Source: Promethearchaeota archaeon
Lineage (GTDB): Archaea; Asgardarchaeota; Lokiarchaeia; Sigyniarchaeales; SOKP01
Length of the DNA: 32,000 bases
Assembly: GCA_030606485.1 (NCBI GenBank)
Contig: JAUWGH010000005.1
Location: 60,001-92,000, forward strand
Direction of reading: 5' to 3'
Below the pieces are notes generated by a model. That model worked only from the letters and a program-made list of their open reading frames with translations, had not been told where the DNA came from and ran no database searches. Both the position numbers and the translations under genes were made by a program. Below, one piece after another: positions 17,520-26,856 of this stretch; the first letter of the stretch is position 1; every line of letters starts with the position of its first letter.

Positions 17520-18932
17520 ATGGAAAAAATATTTTGTTTAACAATTGCAGGAACCGACCCAAGCTGTGGTGCCGGAATTCAGGCTGATATTAGAACTTTT
17601 GAAAAATTTGAAGTCTATCCTTTTTCCGTTATTACTGCTGTTACATATCAAACGGCAGATTCATTTTCAGGGTATTTTCCGATTCCAATTGAGTCTTTAG
17701 AGGAACAATTAAAAATATTATTTGAAAAATATCCCATAAAATATGCAAAAACTGGTATGATTCCAACAAAAGAATCTGTAAAAATTATCGCAGAATATTT
17801 AGATAAATATCAAGTACATTACGTTGTTGATCCAGTAACTGTTTCTAGCGTTGGAGTGAGACTAGCAGAAGAAGGTACTGAATCAGAGCTTAAAAAAACT
17901 CTCTTCCCAAATGCACAAATTATTACTCCTAATCTTAAAGAAGCAGAGTATTTCTCAGGTATTAATATTAAAACACAAGAATTTGATGATATTGAATTAA
18001 TGAGAAAAGCAGCCTTAGAAATTTTATCTCTTATGACTAATGAGAAAATTGAGCATAAATCAAAGGCAGTTATTATTAAAGGGGGTCATCCTGAAAAAAA
18101 CAAAATAGCTGACATAGCATTAATATCTGATTTTGAAAACAAGAAAAAAAAACAATATTTCTTAAAATTCTTAAAAGATCTAAAACCAATTGTACAAAAT
18201 GTTCATGGCACTGGATGTGTTTTTTCAGCTGCTTTAACAGCTGCATTAGCCATTAAAAAGGATTTATATTTTGCAATCCAAAATGCAGAAGAATTTTTTG
18301 ATGAGAATTTTGAAAATATCACGAAAATTAACGATAGAACATATATTCTTACATTGAATTATTCACCAGAAAAAAAAGCAGTTTTAAATCAAGTAAAAGA
18401 AATTTATAATTTTATTTCAAGTTCAAAAAAATTCTCAAGATTAATTCCAGAAGTTAGAACAAATATCTCTGTATCTTTACCTAATGCACAATCGAAAATT
18501 GACGTTGCTGCGATTGAAGGGCGAATTAGTATCATTAATGGGTATCCTAAAGCCATAGGAAAAATAAAATTTGGTGTATCTGATCATACAGCAAGATTGA
18601 TATTAACCGCTAAAAAATTTGACAATTCACTAAACATTGTAATTAATATGAAATATGTTCCGGATTTAATACAAAAATTAGAAAACGACTCATTCTTTAA
18701 GATTGCGGAAATAGACAGAAGTAAACAACCTAAAAATATAAGCTTAAAAGAGGAATCAACAATGCAGTGGATAATAAAAAAAGTTTTTGAACAACATGGA
18801 ACAATTCCAGATATTATATGGGATAAAGGTGCAACTGGTAAAGAGCCAATCATGAGAGTTTTTGCAAAAGACCCAGATGAAATGATTATGAAAATTGAAA
18901 AAATGTTAAATTATTTAGAAAAATCTAATTGA
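17520..18932 (+). CDS. thiDN: Bifunctional HMP/HMP-P kinase / thiamine-phosphate synthase ThiD-ThiN
   Basis: TIAGTDPSCGAGIQADI, KGGH and HGTGC.FS (ThiD); LIPEVRTN, FGVSDH.AR and GKEP (ThiN). Confidence 0.92.
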   Translation: MEKIFCLTIAGTDPSCGAGIQADIRTFEKFEVYPFSVITAVTYQTADSFSGYFPIPIESLEEQLKILFEKYPIKYAKTGMIPTKESVKIIAEYLDKYQVHYVVDPVTVSSVGVRLAEEGTESELKKTLFPNAQIITPNLKEAEYFSGINIKTQEFDDIELMRKAALEILSLMTNEKIEHKSKAVIIKGGHPEKNKIADIALISDFENKKKKQYFLKFLKDLKPIVQNVHGTGCVFSAALTAALAIKKDLYFAIQNAEEFFDENFENITKINDRTYILTLNYSPEKKAVLNQVKEIYNFISSSKKFSRLIPEVRTNISVSLPNAQSKIDVAAIEGRISIINGYPKAIGKIKFGVSDHTARLILTAKKFDNSLNIVINMKYVPDLIQKLENDSFFKIAEIDRSKQPKNISLKEESTMQWIIKKVFEQHGTIPDIIWDKGATGKEPIMRVFAKDPDEMIMKIEKMLNYLEKSN

Positions 18933-19069
18933 ACATGTTCGTTAATCGTTTTAAATTGTATTTTCTTATAAAAAATAATCAAAATTTTGAAATTTGCGGT
19001 TCAATCTTAATAATATGAACAATATAGATTTATTTTAAGAATTAAATTAATAATTGCTAGGGATAATCT

Positions 19070-19942
19070 TTGGTATATAAACTGGGAATATTCTATGGAA
19101 CCGATTCAGACACAGAGATGTTAACTCAAAAATTTGTAGGTAATTTGATTAACGATGACAAATTTTGTGAATCTTGCGAGGAAATGGAAGTAAAAATAAA
19201 ATGTGATCACTGTCGAGAACATTTGAAAAGCTATGCTGATTCAATTTACTTTTATGAACAAATCGGCGAAAATCTTCCTGAATTTGTTGAAGAACCACTG
19301 GATTTTTTTCCTAAAAATCTTCCTGAAGTGGATTTCCTTTTAGTTGTGGGAATTCATCCAGACCTATTAACTGGACTTCCGGAATATTTAAAAGATCAAA
19401 ATATAAAGGCAGTTATTATTCCAATCGAAGATCCAAAATGGGTGTCTCCAGGACTTCAAAAACAAGTTTTAGAAGAATTTGAAAAATTCGGAATTCAAGC
19501 AGCATTTCCAAAACCATTTTGTTCCTTGAGTAAAGAAGTAAATGAACTAAATAGACCCGGTTTTAATGTAACCCAAGAAAGTTCTAATATTGATGAATTT
19601 ATTGATTATTTTAAGATTGGAGAGCCGATTGTATTTTTTTTAATAAGTAAAGATGGAAAAACAATTGAAGATGCACACGTAATACAATCCGCTCCATGCG
19701 GTTCTACTTATTATATTGTCCAACAATTAAAATCAAAAGAAATTAATGATAAAGAGCTTTCCCTAAATGAACGTATTAGTAAAGCCCATCACTCATATCC
19801 TTGTAATGCCTCTATGGATCAAGATAATATATTAAAGGATACAATCCTTCATATAGGTGGTATATTAGTTAGAAATGCCGTTAGAAGAGTATTAAATCTT
19901 AAGGAAGATGAGGGATTTAAACTTTCTTACGTTATCGTTTAA
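19070..19942 (+). CDS. DUF166 family protein
   Basis: C..C...C..CR, HPDL, PKPFCSL, SAPCGST, HHSYPC.ASM motifs; TTG start. Confidence 0.85.
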   Translation: MVYKLGIFYGTDSDTEMLTQKFVGNLINDDKFCESCEEMEVKIKCDHCREHLKSYADSIYFYEQIGENLPEFVEEPLDFFPKNLPEVDFLLVVGIHPDLLTGLPEYLKDQNIKAVIIPIEDPKWVSPGLQKQVLEEFEKFGIQAAFPKPFCSLSKEVNELNRPGFNVTQESSNIDEFIDYFKIGEPIVFFLISKDGKTIEDAHVIQSAPCGSTYYIVQQLKSKEINDKELSLNERISKAHHSYPCNASMDQDNILKDTILHIGGILVRNAVRRVLNLKEDEGFKLSYVIV

Positions 19943-20071
19943 ATGATCTTTTATTTTAGTTTATGCTACCAATAATTAACTTCTAATACTTAGTCAAATT
20001 TTTCTATTCAATCATAATCGTTTTTTTTATTTTAAATTTAAATTGATAACTTATAAAATATAGAATTAATT

Positions 20072-21595
20072 ATGAGTCGAACTGCTAAAGTAAATCAAGT
20101 AATTTTAATTGTTATTGATGATGTTAGGGCTTCGCATCTTTATGGATGGATTAACCAAGGAAAACTTCCAAACATGGCTCAACTTGCTAAAAATGGAATC
20201 TCGTGTCAGAATTCTATTACAACTTTTCCGAGCATTACTTATCCTTGCTATTCTAATATCATGACTGGTGCCTATTCTGGTTATTACCCTAAAGAAGGAA
20301 GTGGTATTCCGACTTATAATTGGATCAGTCGGACAGACCCTCCTTCAGAAGGGAAAAAGTTGCCTTTTATTCGCAATTACGGAGATAGACGTCAAACATG
20401 GAAAATTAGTAAAGACTTGGGACCTAATGTTCAAACAATTTTTGAACAAGCTGGTGAAGGAAACTTTCTAAGCGTAATAAACACAGTATATCGTGGATCG
20501 CACTTCCAAATTCCTCAAAAATATGAAACAGAAATAACATTAAAAACTATTGAGGAGGTTTTCCAAAAACCAGAAAAATTCTTTTCTGTTAAGGAAGTTC
20601 CAAAAATTACTGTAGGATATATACCAAAAACAGATGATCTTATGCACCATGCAGGTTTTGACCATCCAGATTATATTAATGAAGTCTTAAGTTGCGACGA
20701 GTATATTGGGTCTTTACTTAGCACACTTAAAAATATTGGATATTACGAGGATACAGCAATCTGTATTGTCTCAGATCATGGCAATTATAAAGCGCAAAAT
20801 ATGTATGACCTCGAACCTTTTTTCCAAAAAAAAGGATTAATACCTTATGTTCCTAAAAAAGAAGTTGGTGATTTTGACGCAGCATTCGGTTCTATCGGAT
20901 TTTTCAATTTCCGAGGAGATACTTGGCATCATCATCCTACTATTAAACAAATGCGAAATTTTGAACCAAGTGGAATAGGGAGTAAAAAATTGGATTTATT
21001 CGAAACCTTATGGGAAATTCCAGGTGTAAAATTAATGTATTATCGTGACGATAATAATACGCCAGATCGAGGAATAATTCATCTTGAGCGACGGGATAAA
21101 AAGACTGGAAAAATTATGAAAGGTAGAATTGAATACGATGGACATGGAAAAAATCAAAAGACAAAATACACTTTTGATAACGAAGATTTATTTGGATACG
21201 AGAATCACAAGGATATGAAAGAACTTTTAGATAATAAAGCACATACAATTGACGAATGGTTAGCAGCAACCAACCAAATAGATTATCCAATCTTCATTGA
21301 CCAACTTCCACGGTATTTTAAAAATCCACGGGCATGTGATATTATGATCTCTACAATTGGTGAATACGGTTTTGGATATGAGCATGGTAAGACAGTTGCC
21401 ACTTATCCATATTCTCACGACATTGCTATTAAAAAATCAATGACTGTCCCGTTGATTATAGGAGGCTCTCTTGAAATTCCATCCTTCGAGGTCCCTTATT
21501 GCAAAACAACGGATGTTGTTCCAACTTTATTAGATTTGTTGGGAATTAAACCACATTGGAGTGTTGTAGGAAAATCCCTGTTGAATTATAAGTGA
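20072..21595 (+). CDS. Alkaline phosphatase / nucleotide pyrophosphatase-phosphodiesterase family protein
   Basis: IVIDD, FPSIT (Thr nucleophile), D.LMH, SDHG and C-terminal H metal ligands; no signal peptide. Confidence 0.88.
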   Translation: MSRTAKVNQVILIVIDDVRASHLYGWINQGKLPNMAQLAKNGISCQNSITTFPSITYPCYSNIMTGAYSGYYPKEGSGIPTYNWISRTDPPSEGKKLPFIRNYGDRRQTWKISKDLGPNVQTIFEQAGEGNFLSVINTVYRGSHFQIPQKYETEITLKTIEEVFQKPEKFFSVKEVPKITVGYIPKTDDLMHHAGFDHPDYINEVLSCDEYIGSLLSTLKNIGYYEDTAICIVSDHGNYKAQNMYDLEPFFQKKGLIPYVPKKEVGDFDAAFGSIGFFNFRGDTWHHHPTIKQMRNFEPSGIGSKKLDLFETLWEIPGVKLMYYRDDNNTPDRGIIHLERRDKKTGKIMKGRIEYDGHGKNQKTKYTFDNEDLFGYENHKDMKELLDNKAHTIDEWLAATNQIDYPIFIDQLPRYFKNPRACDIMISTIGEYGFGYEHGKTVATYPYSHDIAIKKSMTVPLIIGGSLEIPSFEVPYCKTTDVVPTLLDLLGIKPHWSVVGKSLLNYK

Positions 21596-21619
21596 GAATT
21601 TGCTTTTTAAGATTTTTTT

Positions 21620-22006
21620 CTAATCTAAAAGCCTTTTTTCTCCCTTTAAATTTTGTATTTCGGTAATTTCTTGAGATACTTCTAAAGTTCCTAAATAATT
21701 TCCCTCTTTATCACGCACCGCAAAATATCGAATATATACAAATAGATCTCCCAAATGGATCCAAAATTCTGCAACATCTCTTTTATTCTGTTTAAAATCG
21801 TTTAATATAGCAACTACTTTATCAACACTTTTAGGTGGATGACATTTTTGAACTTTTCTTCCAATTACAGCAGGACTTCGTTTGAAGATTCTTTTATCCC
21901 CCTTACTATAATACCTAACCGTATCTTCAGCATCAATAAAAGATATTTCAACGGGTAAGGTATCTATAATTTTCTCTATCAAATCTATAGGTAAATTTTC
22001 TAACAT
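21620..22006 (-). CDS. PAS_10 / DUF438-type stand-alone PAS protein
   Basis: P.EISFID..D.VRYYS, IF.R....IGR.VQ.CHPPKS, YFAVRD..G.YLG.LEV.Q. Confidence 0.88.
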   Translation of the reverse strand: MLENLPIDLIEKIIDTLPVEISFIDAEDTVRYYSKGDKRIFKRSPAVIGRKVQKCHPPKSVDKVVAILNDFKQNKRDVAEFWIHLGDLFVYIRYFAVRDKEGNYLGTLEVSQEITEIQNLKGEKRLLD

Positions 22007-22131
22007 TATTATAACACTATTTCTGATAATTCTAAAATGTTTTAGATATAAATTTTTATTTTAGAGTTCTATATTATCTAAATGTTTTTTACAATATAAT
22101 TGGTTAACAATTAGAAAAAAAATACAAAAAA

Positions 22132-22470
22132 TTATAGAATTTTTGTTTCACTTTTAGCTGTGGGTGTTTTTATTACTAAAAAACGAAAATTATTTTTAGA
22201 TTCGTTTAATAAACGATGTGGAATTTTAGCAGGGCTAAAAATTAATTCATCTTTCTTTACTTTTTTAGTTTCATTACCAATTTCGACAACCCCTTCACCA
22301 TCAAGAATATAAAAACAAACATCCACTGGAGTTATATGCTTTTTAAGAGCTTCTCCTGGCTTTAATTCAATATTTACAATAGTAGCGTGATCGAATGAAA
22401 ATAATTTTTTAACTGCTACCTTATGGGGTGTATCAGATATTGGTACATTATTAGTATTTATTATTTTTAT
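22132..22470 (-). CDS. Cupin domain protein (112 aa), apparent ATA start
   Basis: The frame is open 48 codons upstream of the track's GTG (TPHKV..KKL...H......LKPGE.LKKH.TPVDV.FY.L.G.G); the only start-like position after the GAGGTGA SD is ATA at 22470. Confidence 0.8.
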   Translation of the reverse strand: MKIINTNNVPISDTPHKVAVKKLFSFDHATIVNIELKPGEALKKHITPVDVCFYILDGEGVVEIGNETKKVKKDELIFSPAKIPHRLLNESKNNFRFLVIKTPTAKSETKIL

Positions 22471-22494
22471 CGGTTTTCACCTCTTATCTTAATT

Positions 22495-23511
22495 TTATTT
22501 TTGTTTATCTAATATGATCTCTCTATAATTAGAATTGTTTAAATTTTTCTTGATAATAATGTAAACACAGATGCCCAAAAAGAATATATCGAATGTAAAT
22601 CCAATAAAAACCATTAAAGGACTTGTTAAAAATGCTACTATTAACACATCCGCCCAAAAAATTAGCATAATAATTGAGGGTAGAATTTTCCAGATTACAT
22701 TTGAAGGTTTTTGTTTTGGAAATTTATTTGGAGCTTTTGATGAAATCATTATTAAGCCTATTAAAATAATTGTTAATAGGAGAGTTATAAGTAATCCAAT
22801 TGTTCTTTCTGGTGTAATCTGCATATCAAGATAAACAGTTCCTCCATTTCTTATCATTGGACTGCTTAAAATTTCGCTAAAAATCCCAAGGATGAAACCA
22901 GTTAATTGTGTAGAAGCAAGTGTAGCCAACACCCAAAACCCGGAAATAATTATTTTTTTCGAATCTTTAAAATGAGTAATTACAAGATCATAAAAAAAAA
23001 GAAACCAGAAGACAAGAAAAAACCATCCAAAATAATTTATAAGAGGCACTCCTAAGATATAAAAACTATATGTTTCCCATATCCACCATCCATTTTCAAC
23101 CGCTACTGGATCCATAAAAAAGTCAAAATTTACTGCAATATATGCAGCAAAAGCACTTCTAAAAAATGTTATTTTGAAAAATTTTTTATCTATTCCTCTC
23201 TCTAAATTACTCCCTATTCCCCATGCCGGAAAAGAACCTTGTCCATTACCAATAAGAATATGTGAAAAATATCCACAACAATACGTAATAATAAACCAAC
23301 CCAAACAAACATCGAAGGGACATTTATAATAAAATAATATGAGTTCTGTAGCTGGATAATAATAACCTCCAAAAATTGATGCAAAATTTTCTACAAAACC
23401 ACTTACAACTATGGCTCCAAATAAAAAAATTAAAGTTTTATAAACACCTCGAAATTTATAAGAATGGATTAACACCAAAATGGTTAAAGCATAGATGATA
23501 ATTGTATTCAA
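22495..23511 (-). CDS. CruF-like (carotenoid biosynthesis/hydratase family) membrane protein with C-terminal extension
   Basis: VENF....G.Y.Y, P..V.LGW, D..MDPVAV..GWW.W and GVPL.NYFGW motifs; about 160 extra hydrophobic residues. Confidence 0.78.
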   Translation of the reverse strand: MNTIIIYALTILVLIHSYKFRGVYKTLIFLFGAIVVSGFVENFASIFGGYYYPATELILFYYKCPFDVCLGWFIITYCCGYFSHILIGNGQGSFPAWGIGSNLERGIDKKFFKITFFRSAFAAYIAVNFDFFMDPVAVENGWWIWETYSFYILGVPLINYFGWFFLVFWFLFFYDLVITHFKDSKKIIISGFWVLATLASTQLTGFILGIFSEILSSPMIRNGGTVYLDMQITPERTIGLLITLLLTIILIGLIMISSKAPNKFPKQKPSNVIWKILPSIIMLIFWADVLIVAFLTSPLMVFIGFTFDIFFLGICVYIIIKKNLNNSNYREIILDKQK

Positions 23512-23726
23512 AATAACTGTGCTTGAAATAGAATTCCCACCTTTTTTCTAATTAATTAAATTTCTATAATTTATTTTTTCTCATTTACTATTTATAAGTT
23601 TATAAAATATAGATGTGCCTTTTTTATATTTGCAATAAAGTTCATTTATAGCTAAAAAAAATCATTAGGATTTCAATTTAAATCAAATTAAAATTATTTA
23701 ATGTGAAAGAATTATTTTAAATTATT

Positions 23727-24080
23727 ATGTTAAAAAAAAATTACAAAGACGTAGATAATATTCCCGTAGCTTTAGAGAATACTAAAGATGCTTATGTAAG
23801 GTGGCTGATTGATGAAAGTGATGGAGCTAAATATTATGCTATGAGGCGATTTGAAGTAAAACTAAAAGGTAGTATTCCGCTTCATGAACACCCCGAAGAT
23901 CATGAAATTTATATTTTAAAAGGTAATGCAAGCTTTTATAATGACGCTGGACAAGAGGAATTAGTAAATGAAGGAGATGTGTTGTACATACCTCCCAATG
24001 AAAAACATGGAATAAAAAACTTAGGACAAGATGATTTAATTTTTATTTGTATTGTACCAATTTTTAAAAATAAAGACTAA
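23727..24080 (+). CDS. Cupin domain protein (TM1459-like)
   Basis: MRRFE....G.IPLHEHPEDHEIYIL.G and IPPNEKH metal-binding motifs. Confidence 0.88.
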   Translation: MLKKNYKDVDNIPVALENTKDAYVRWLIDESDGAKYYAMRRFEVKLKGSIPLHEHPEDHEIYILKGNASFYNDAGQEELVNEGDVLYIPPNEKHGIKNLGQDDLIFICIVPIFKNKD

Positions 24081-25390
24081 TCCTTTTTCTTTTTAGATTT
24101 GCTTAAAGCTTCCTCTAATATTTTTATAGAACAAAATTCTCCACACATTGAACAAGGTTCATTATCAATTTCAGTTCCTGCTCTATAATGAATTTTTTTA
24201 GCAGTTTCTGGATCAATTGCTAATTTTATCATTTCTTTCCAATTTAAATCTTTCCGGGCTTTATCCATTTTTTCATCCCACCAGCTAGCTCGTTTTCCAT
24301 ATCTCGCAATATTTACGGCATGTGCTGCAATTTTTGATGAAATAACACCTCGTTTAACCTCATCAATATTTGGAAGGCCCAAATGTTCTGATGGAGTAAC
24401 ATAACATAAATAATCAGCTCCAGCTAATCCAGCAATGGTTCCACCAATTGCACTTACAATATCATCATATCCCGGAGCAATATCGGTAACTAAAGGTCCC
24501 AAAACATAAAAGGGGGCTTCATTACATATCGATTTTTGGAGTTTTACATTCCGTTCAATCTCATGAGCCGGAATATGACCAGGACCTTCAACCATAACTT
24601 GCACATTATTATCCCAGCATCTTTTAACCAATTTTGAAATAATTAATAATTCTTGTATTTGGGAATAGTCAGTCGAATCAAAAATACTTCCAGGTCTGCA
24701 ACCATCTCCTAAAGATAATGAAAAATCAAATTCTTTTGCCATCTCAAGCAAATAATCGAAATTTTTATAATATGGGTTTTCTAAATTATGATGAATTATC
24801 CAAGCAGCTAAAAAGGTGCCTCCTCTTGAAACAATGCCCATCATTCTCGGATGATCTTTTAGATACTCCACAATTTCTTTAGTTACGCCAGCATGAATTG
24901 TAAAGAAATCTACACCTTCTTTTGCTTGTTCTTCCACTACATTAAACATATCATCTTCTGTCATATCTATAATTGCTCCATCTCTTTCCAAACTTCTTAA
25001 CGCTACTTGGTATATTGGGACTGTTCCGATGGGGACTTTTATTATCCTTAAAATGTTTCTTCTAATGGTTTTTAAATCTTGCTCAGTAACACCTGTACTC
25101 AAATCCATCACAGTATCTGCCCCATATTTTACAGCTATTTTCGCTTTATCTAATTCATTATCGATATTACAAATAGTTTTACTTGAACCAATATTTGCAT
25201 TAATTTTAACTAATAAACCCTTTCCAATCCCAATTGGCTCAATCTCTCGCACATTAGACTTTGGTATGATAATCCGACCGGTTTCTAATCCTTTTCTGAC
25301 AAATTCAACATCTACTCCTTCTTTCTGAGCGACTATTTTCATTTCTTCGGAAATCTTTCCTTGCTTTGCTATATCTACTTGTGTTGTCAT
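24077..25390 (-). CDS. thiC: Phosphomethylpyrimidine synthase
   Basis: KINANIGSS, ADTVMDLSTG, VSRGG, SLGDG.RPG, EGPGH, GLP..DEV..G, CSMCGEFC; thiDN is nearby. Confidence 0.92.
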   Translation of the reverse strand: MTTQVDIAKQGKISEEMKIVAQKEGVDVEFVRKGLETGRIIIPKSNVREIEPIGIGKGLLVKINANIGSSKTICNIDNELDKAKIAVKYGADTVMDLSTGVTEQDLKTIRRNILRIIKVPIGTVPIYQVALRSLERDGAIIDMTEDDMFNVVEEQAKEGVDFFTIHAGVTKEIVEYLKDHPRMMGIVSRGGTFLAAWIIHHNLENPYYKNFDYLLEMAKEFDFSLSLGDGCRPGSIFDSTDYSQIQELLIISKLVKRCWDNNVQVMVEGPGHIPAHEIERNVKLQKSICNEAPFYVLGPLVTDIAPGYDDIVSAIGGTIAGLAGADYLCYVTPSEHLGLPNIDEVKRGVISSKIAAHAVNIARYGKRASWWDEKMDKARKDLNWKEMIKLAIDPETAKKIHYRAGTEIDNEPCSMCGEFCSIKILEEALSKSKKKKD

Positions 25391-25741
25391 AAAAAATCTT
25401 TAAAGAGTGCTATTATAATGTAATAAATTAAACAATTCTTAAGAATATAAATATAAATAAGGATATTTGATTATTATTCTTATTTTTTATTAAAATGCAA
25501 TTCCTTTTTTAATTTTCATAAAAAAAAATAATCTCTATTTGAGAATATTTAAAATTTTTAATAATTGGAATTTTATTTTCAAAATAATACAATAAGTTGC
25601 AGTTAAAGCAGAAATTCAACTCATCCATCTATAAAGTTCTTAATCTTCTTTTGAAGAATTGCATAAGAATAGTTGCAAAAAAAATCAAATTAAACCAGAC
25701 AAAAAAAAAAAAGAATTTGAAAGATTTTTGTTGTTTTTTAA

Positions 25742-26062
25742 CTACTCGGGTATTTCTAATCCTGCTATTCCTACGGCTTCTTCGAATGTACTCCAAACTT
25801 CAAATGAAAATTCAAATCCCTCTATGTCCATGTACTGAAGGTTATCCTTTTGTCGATTTTTTAAAACTTCTTCAAGTTTCCCCTCTTTTACAATTATAAT
25901 GTTTAAAACTCTTATTCCATCTGTAGTTACTTTTACAGGCGATGCAACGTTTTCTCCGAGAGATTCATCCACGGGATATTTTTTTCTTACTTGAAGAAAT
26001 CTTTTCGTAATTTCATTTTGTTTGTGACTCGGATATGCAAAAGTTGTAATAACAATTGGCAT
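25742..26062 (-). CDS. Hypothetical protein (~106 aa)
   Basis: Clean ORF; start moved to MPIVIT because GAGGT lies 9 nt upstream; alternating beta/alpha pattern; no recognised function. Confidence 0.7.
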   Translation of the reverse strand: MPIVITTFAYPSHKQNEITKRFLQVRKKYPVDESLGENVASPVKVTTDGIRVLNIIIVKEGKLEEVLKNRQKDNLQYMDIEGFEFSFEVWSTFEEAVGIAGLEIPE

Positions 26063-26262
26063 TTTATTTAACCTCATTTAATAATTTTTTTTAATAATTT
26101 AGATTCTACCAGATCGATAATTCGATATTTTCGTATTTAAATTTTTACATATTTATAAAAAAAATTATAGCTTTCAAATAAAAATCAGAAGAAATTTTCC
26201 AAAAAAGAAGTATTCTCTATTTCAAAAATAGTATACTTAATCTTTTTTTTCCACATACTTAC

Positions 26263-26745
26263 TTAGTCGAACCCAATTTTTAACTGTTTTAAAAGTTCGA
26301 TTAAAGAATCAGTCAATTGATATTTATTCAATTCCTCAAATGGAACAAATTTAGCTTCTAAAGCGTCAGAAGATGCTTTTGGAGGTTGAGAAAAATCTCC
26401 CTCAACTTGTTCGACAAAATAATTGATTAGTACATAATGATATTCTATTCTGTTATTCTCATCATACATTATTTTATCTATTATACCTGCTAATTTTGCT
26501 ACTTTTACTTTATAACCTGTTTCTTCGAAGCCTTCTCTTTCAGCCGCTTGTCGAGTTCTTTCTCCTAACTCTAAATGACCTCCGGGAATGCTCCAATATC
26601 CTGCATCAGGATCAAACTTTCTATTAACTAATAATAAATTATCATCCCTAACTAAGAGAATTCCTACGCCAATATGAGGCCTAACCGGATATTTCCGTGT
26701 ATCATATGCTGTTAATTTTTTTCTCTTTCTCACAGTATTTTTCAC
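26263..26745 (-). CDS. Nudix hydrolase (ADP-ribose pyrophosphatase-like)
   Basis: Nudix box GGHLELGERTRQAAEREGFEETG; YP.RP..GVG; HYVLI. Confidence 0.92.
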   Translation of the reverse strand: MKNTVRKRKKLTAYDTRKYPVRPHIGVGILLVRDDNLLLVNRKFDPDAGYWSIPGGHLELGERTRQAAEREGFEETGYKVKVAKLAGIIDKIMYDENNRIEYHYVLINYFVEQVEGDFSQPPKASSDALEAKFVPFEELNKYQLTDSLIELLKQLKIGFD

Positions 26746-26856
26746 TTTTGTGATTCTTTTATATTTGAAGAATTTATAAATGGGAATTGAGTAGTGAAAA
26801 TTTTAATTTTAAAAACAAATTACTATTGTAACTAAACCAATCGTAAATTAATTTTT

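Noticed and set aside
19070-19942. Selenocysteine in the DUF166 protein or stop-codon readthrough elsewhere
   Set aside because: All candidate positions are Cys codons; I saw no gene continuing in frame past a TGA or TAG into a recognisable domain.
10225-22834. Short overlapping ORFs (10225-10569, 11037-11222, 12691-12936, 13470-13685, 13755-13976, 16448-16780, 17021-17224, 18584-18853, 20268-20471, 22571-22834)
   Set aside because: Shadows of recognised genes.
24077-24080. 4-bp convergent stop-codon overlap between cupin and thiC
   Set aside because: Common in compact genomes.
25391-25741. TPP riboswitch upstream of thiC
   Set aside because: No CUGAGA or CUGAU..AAU core; the region is almost pure A/T.
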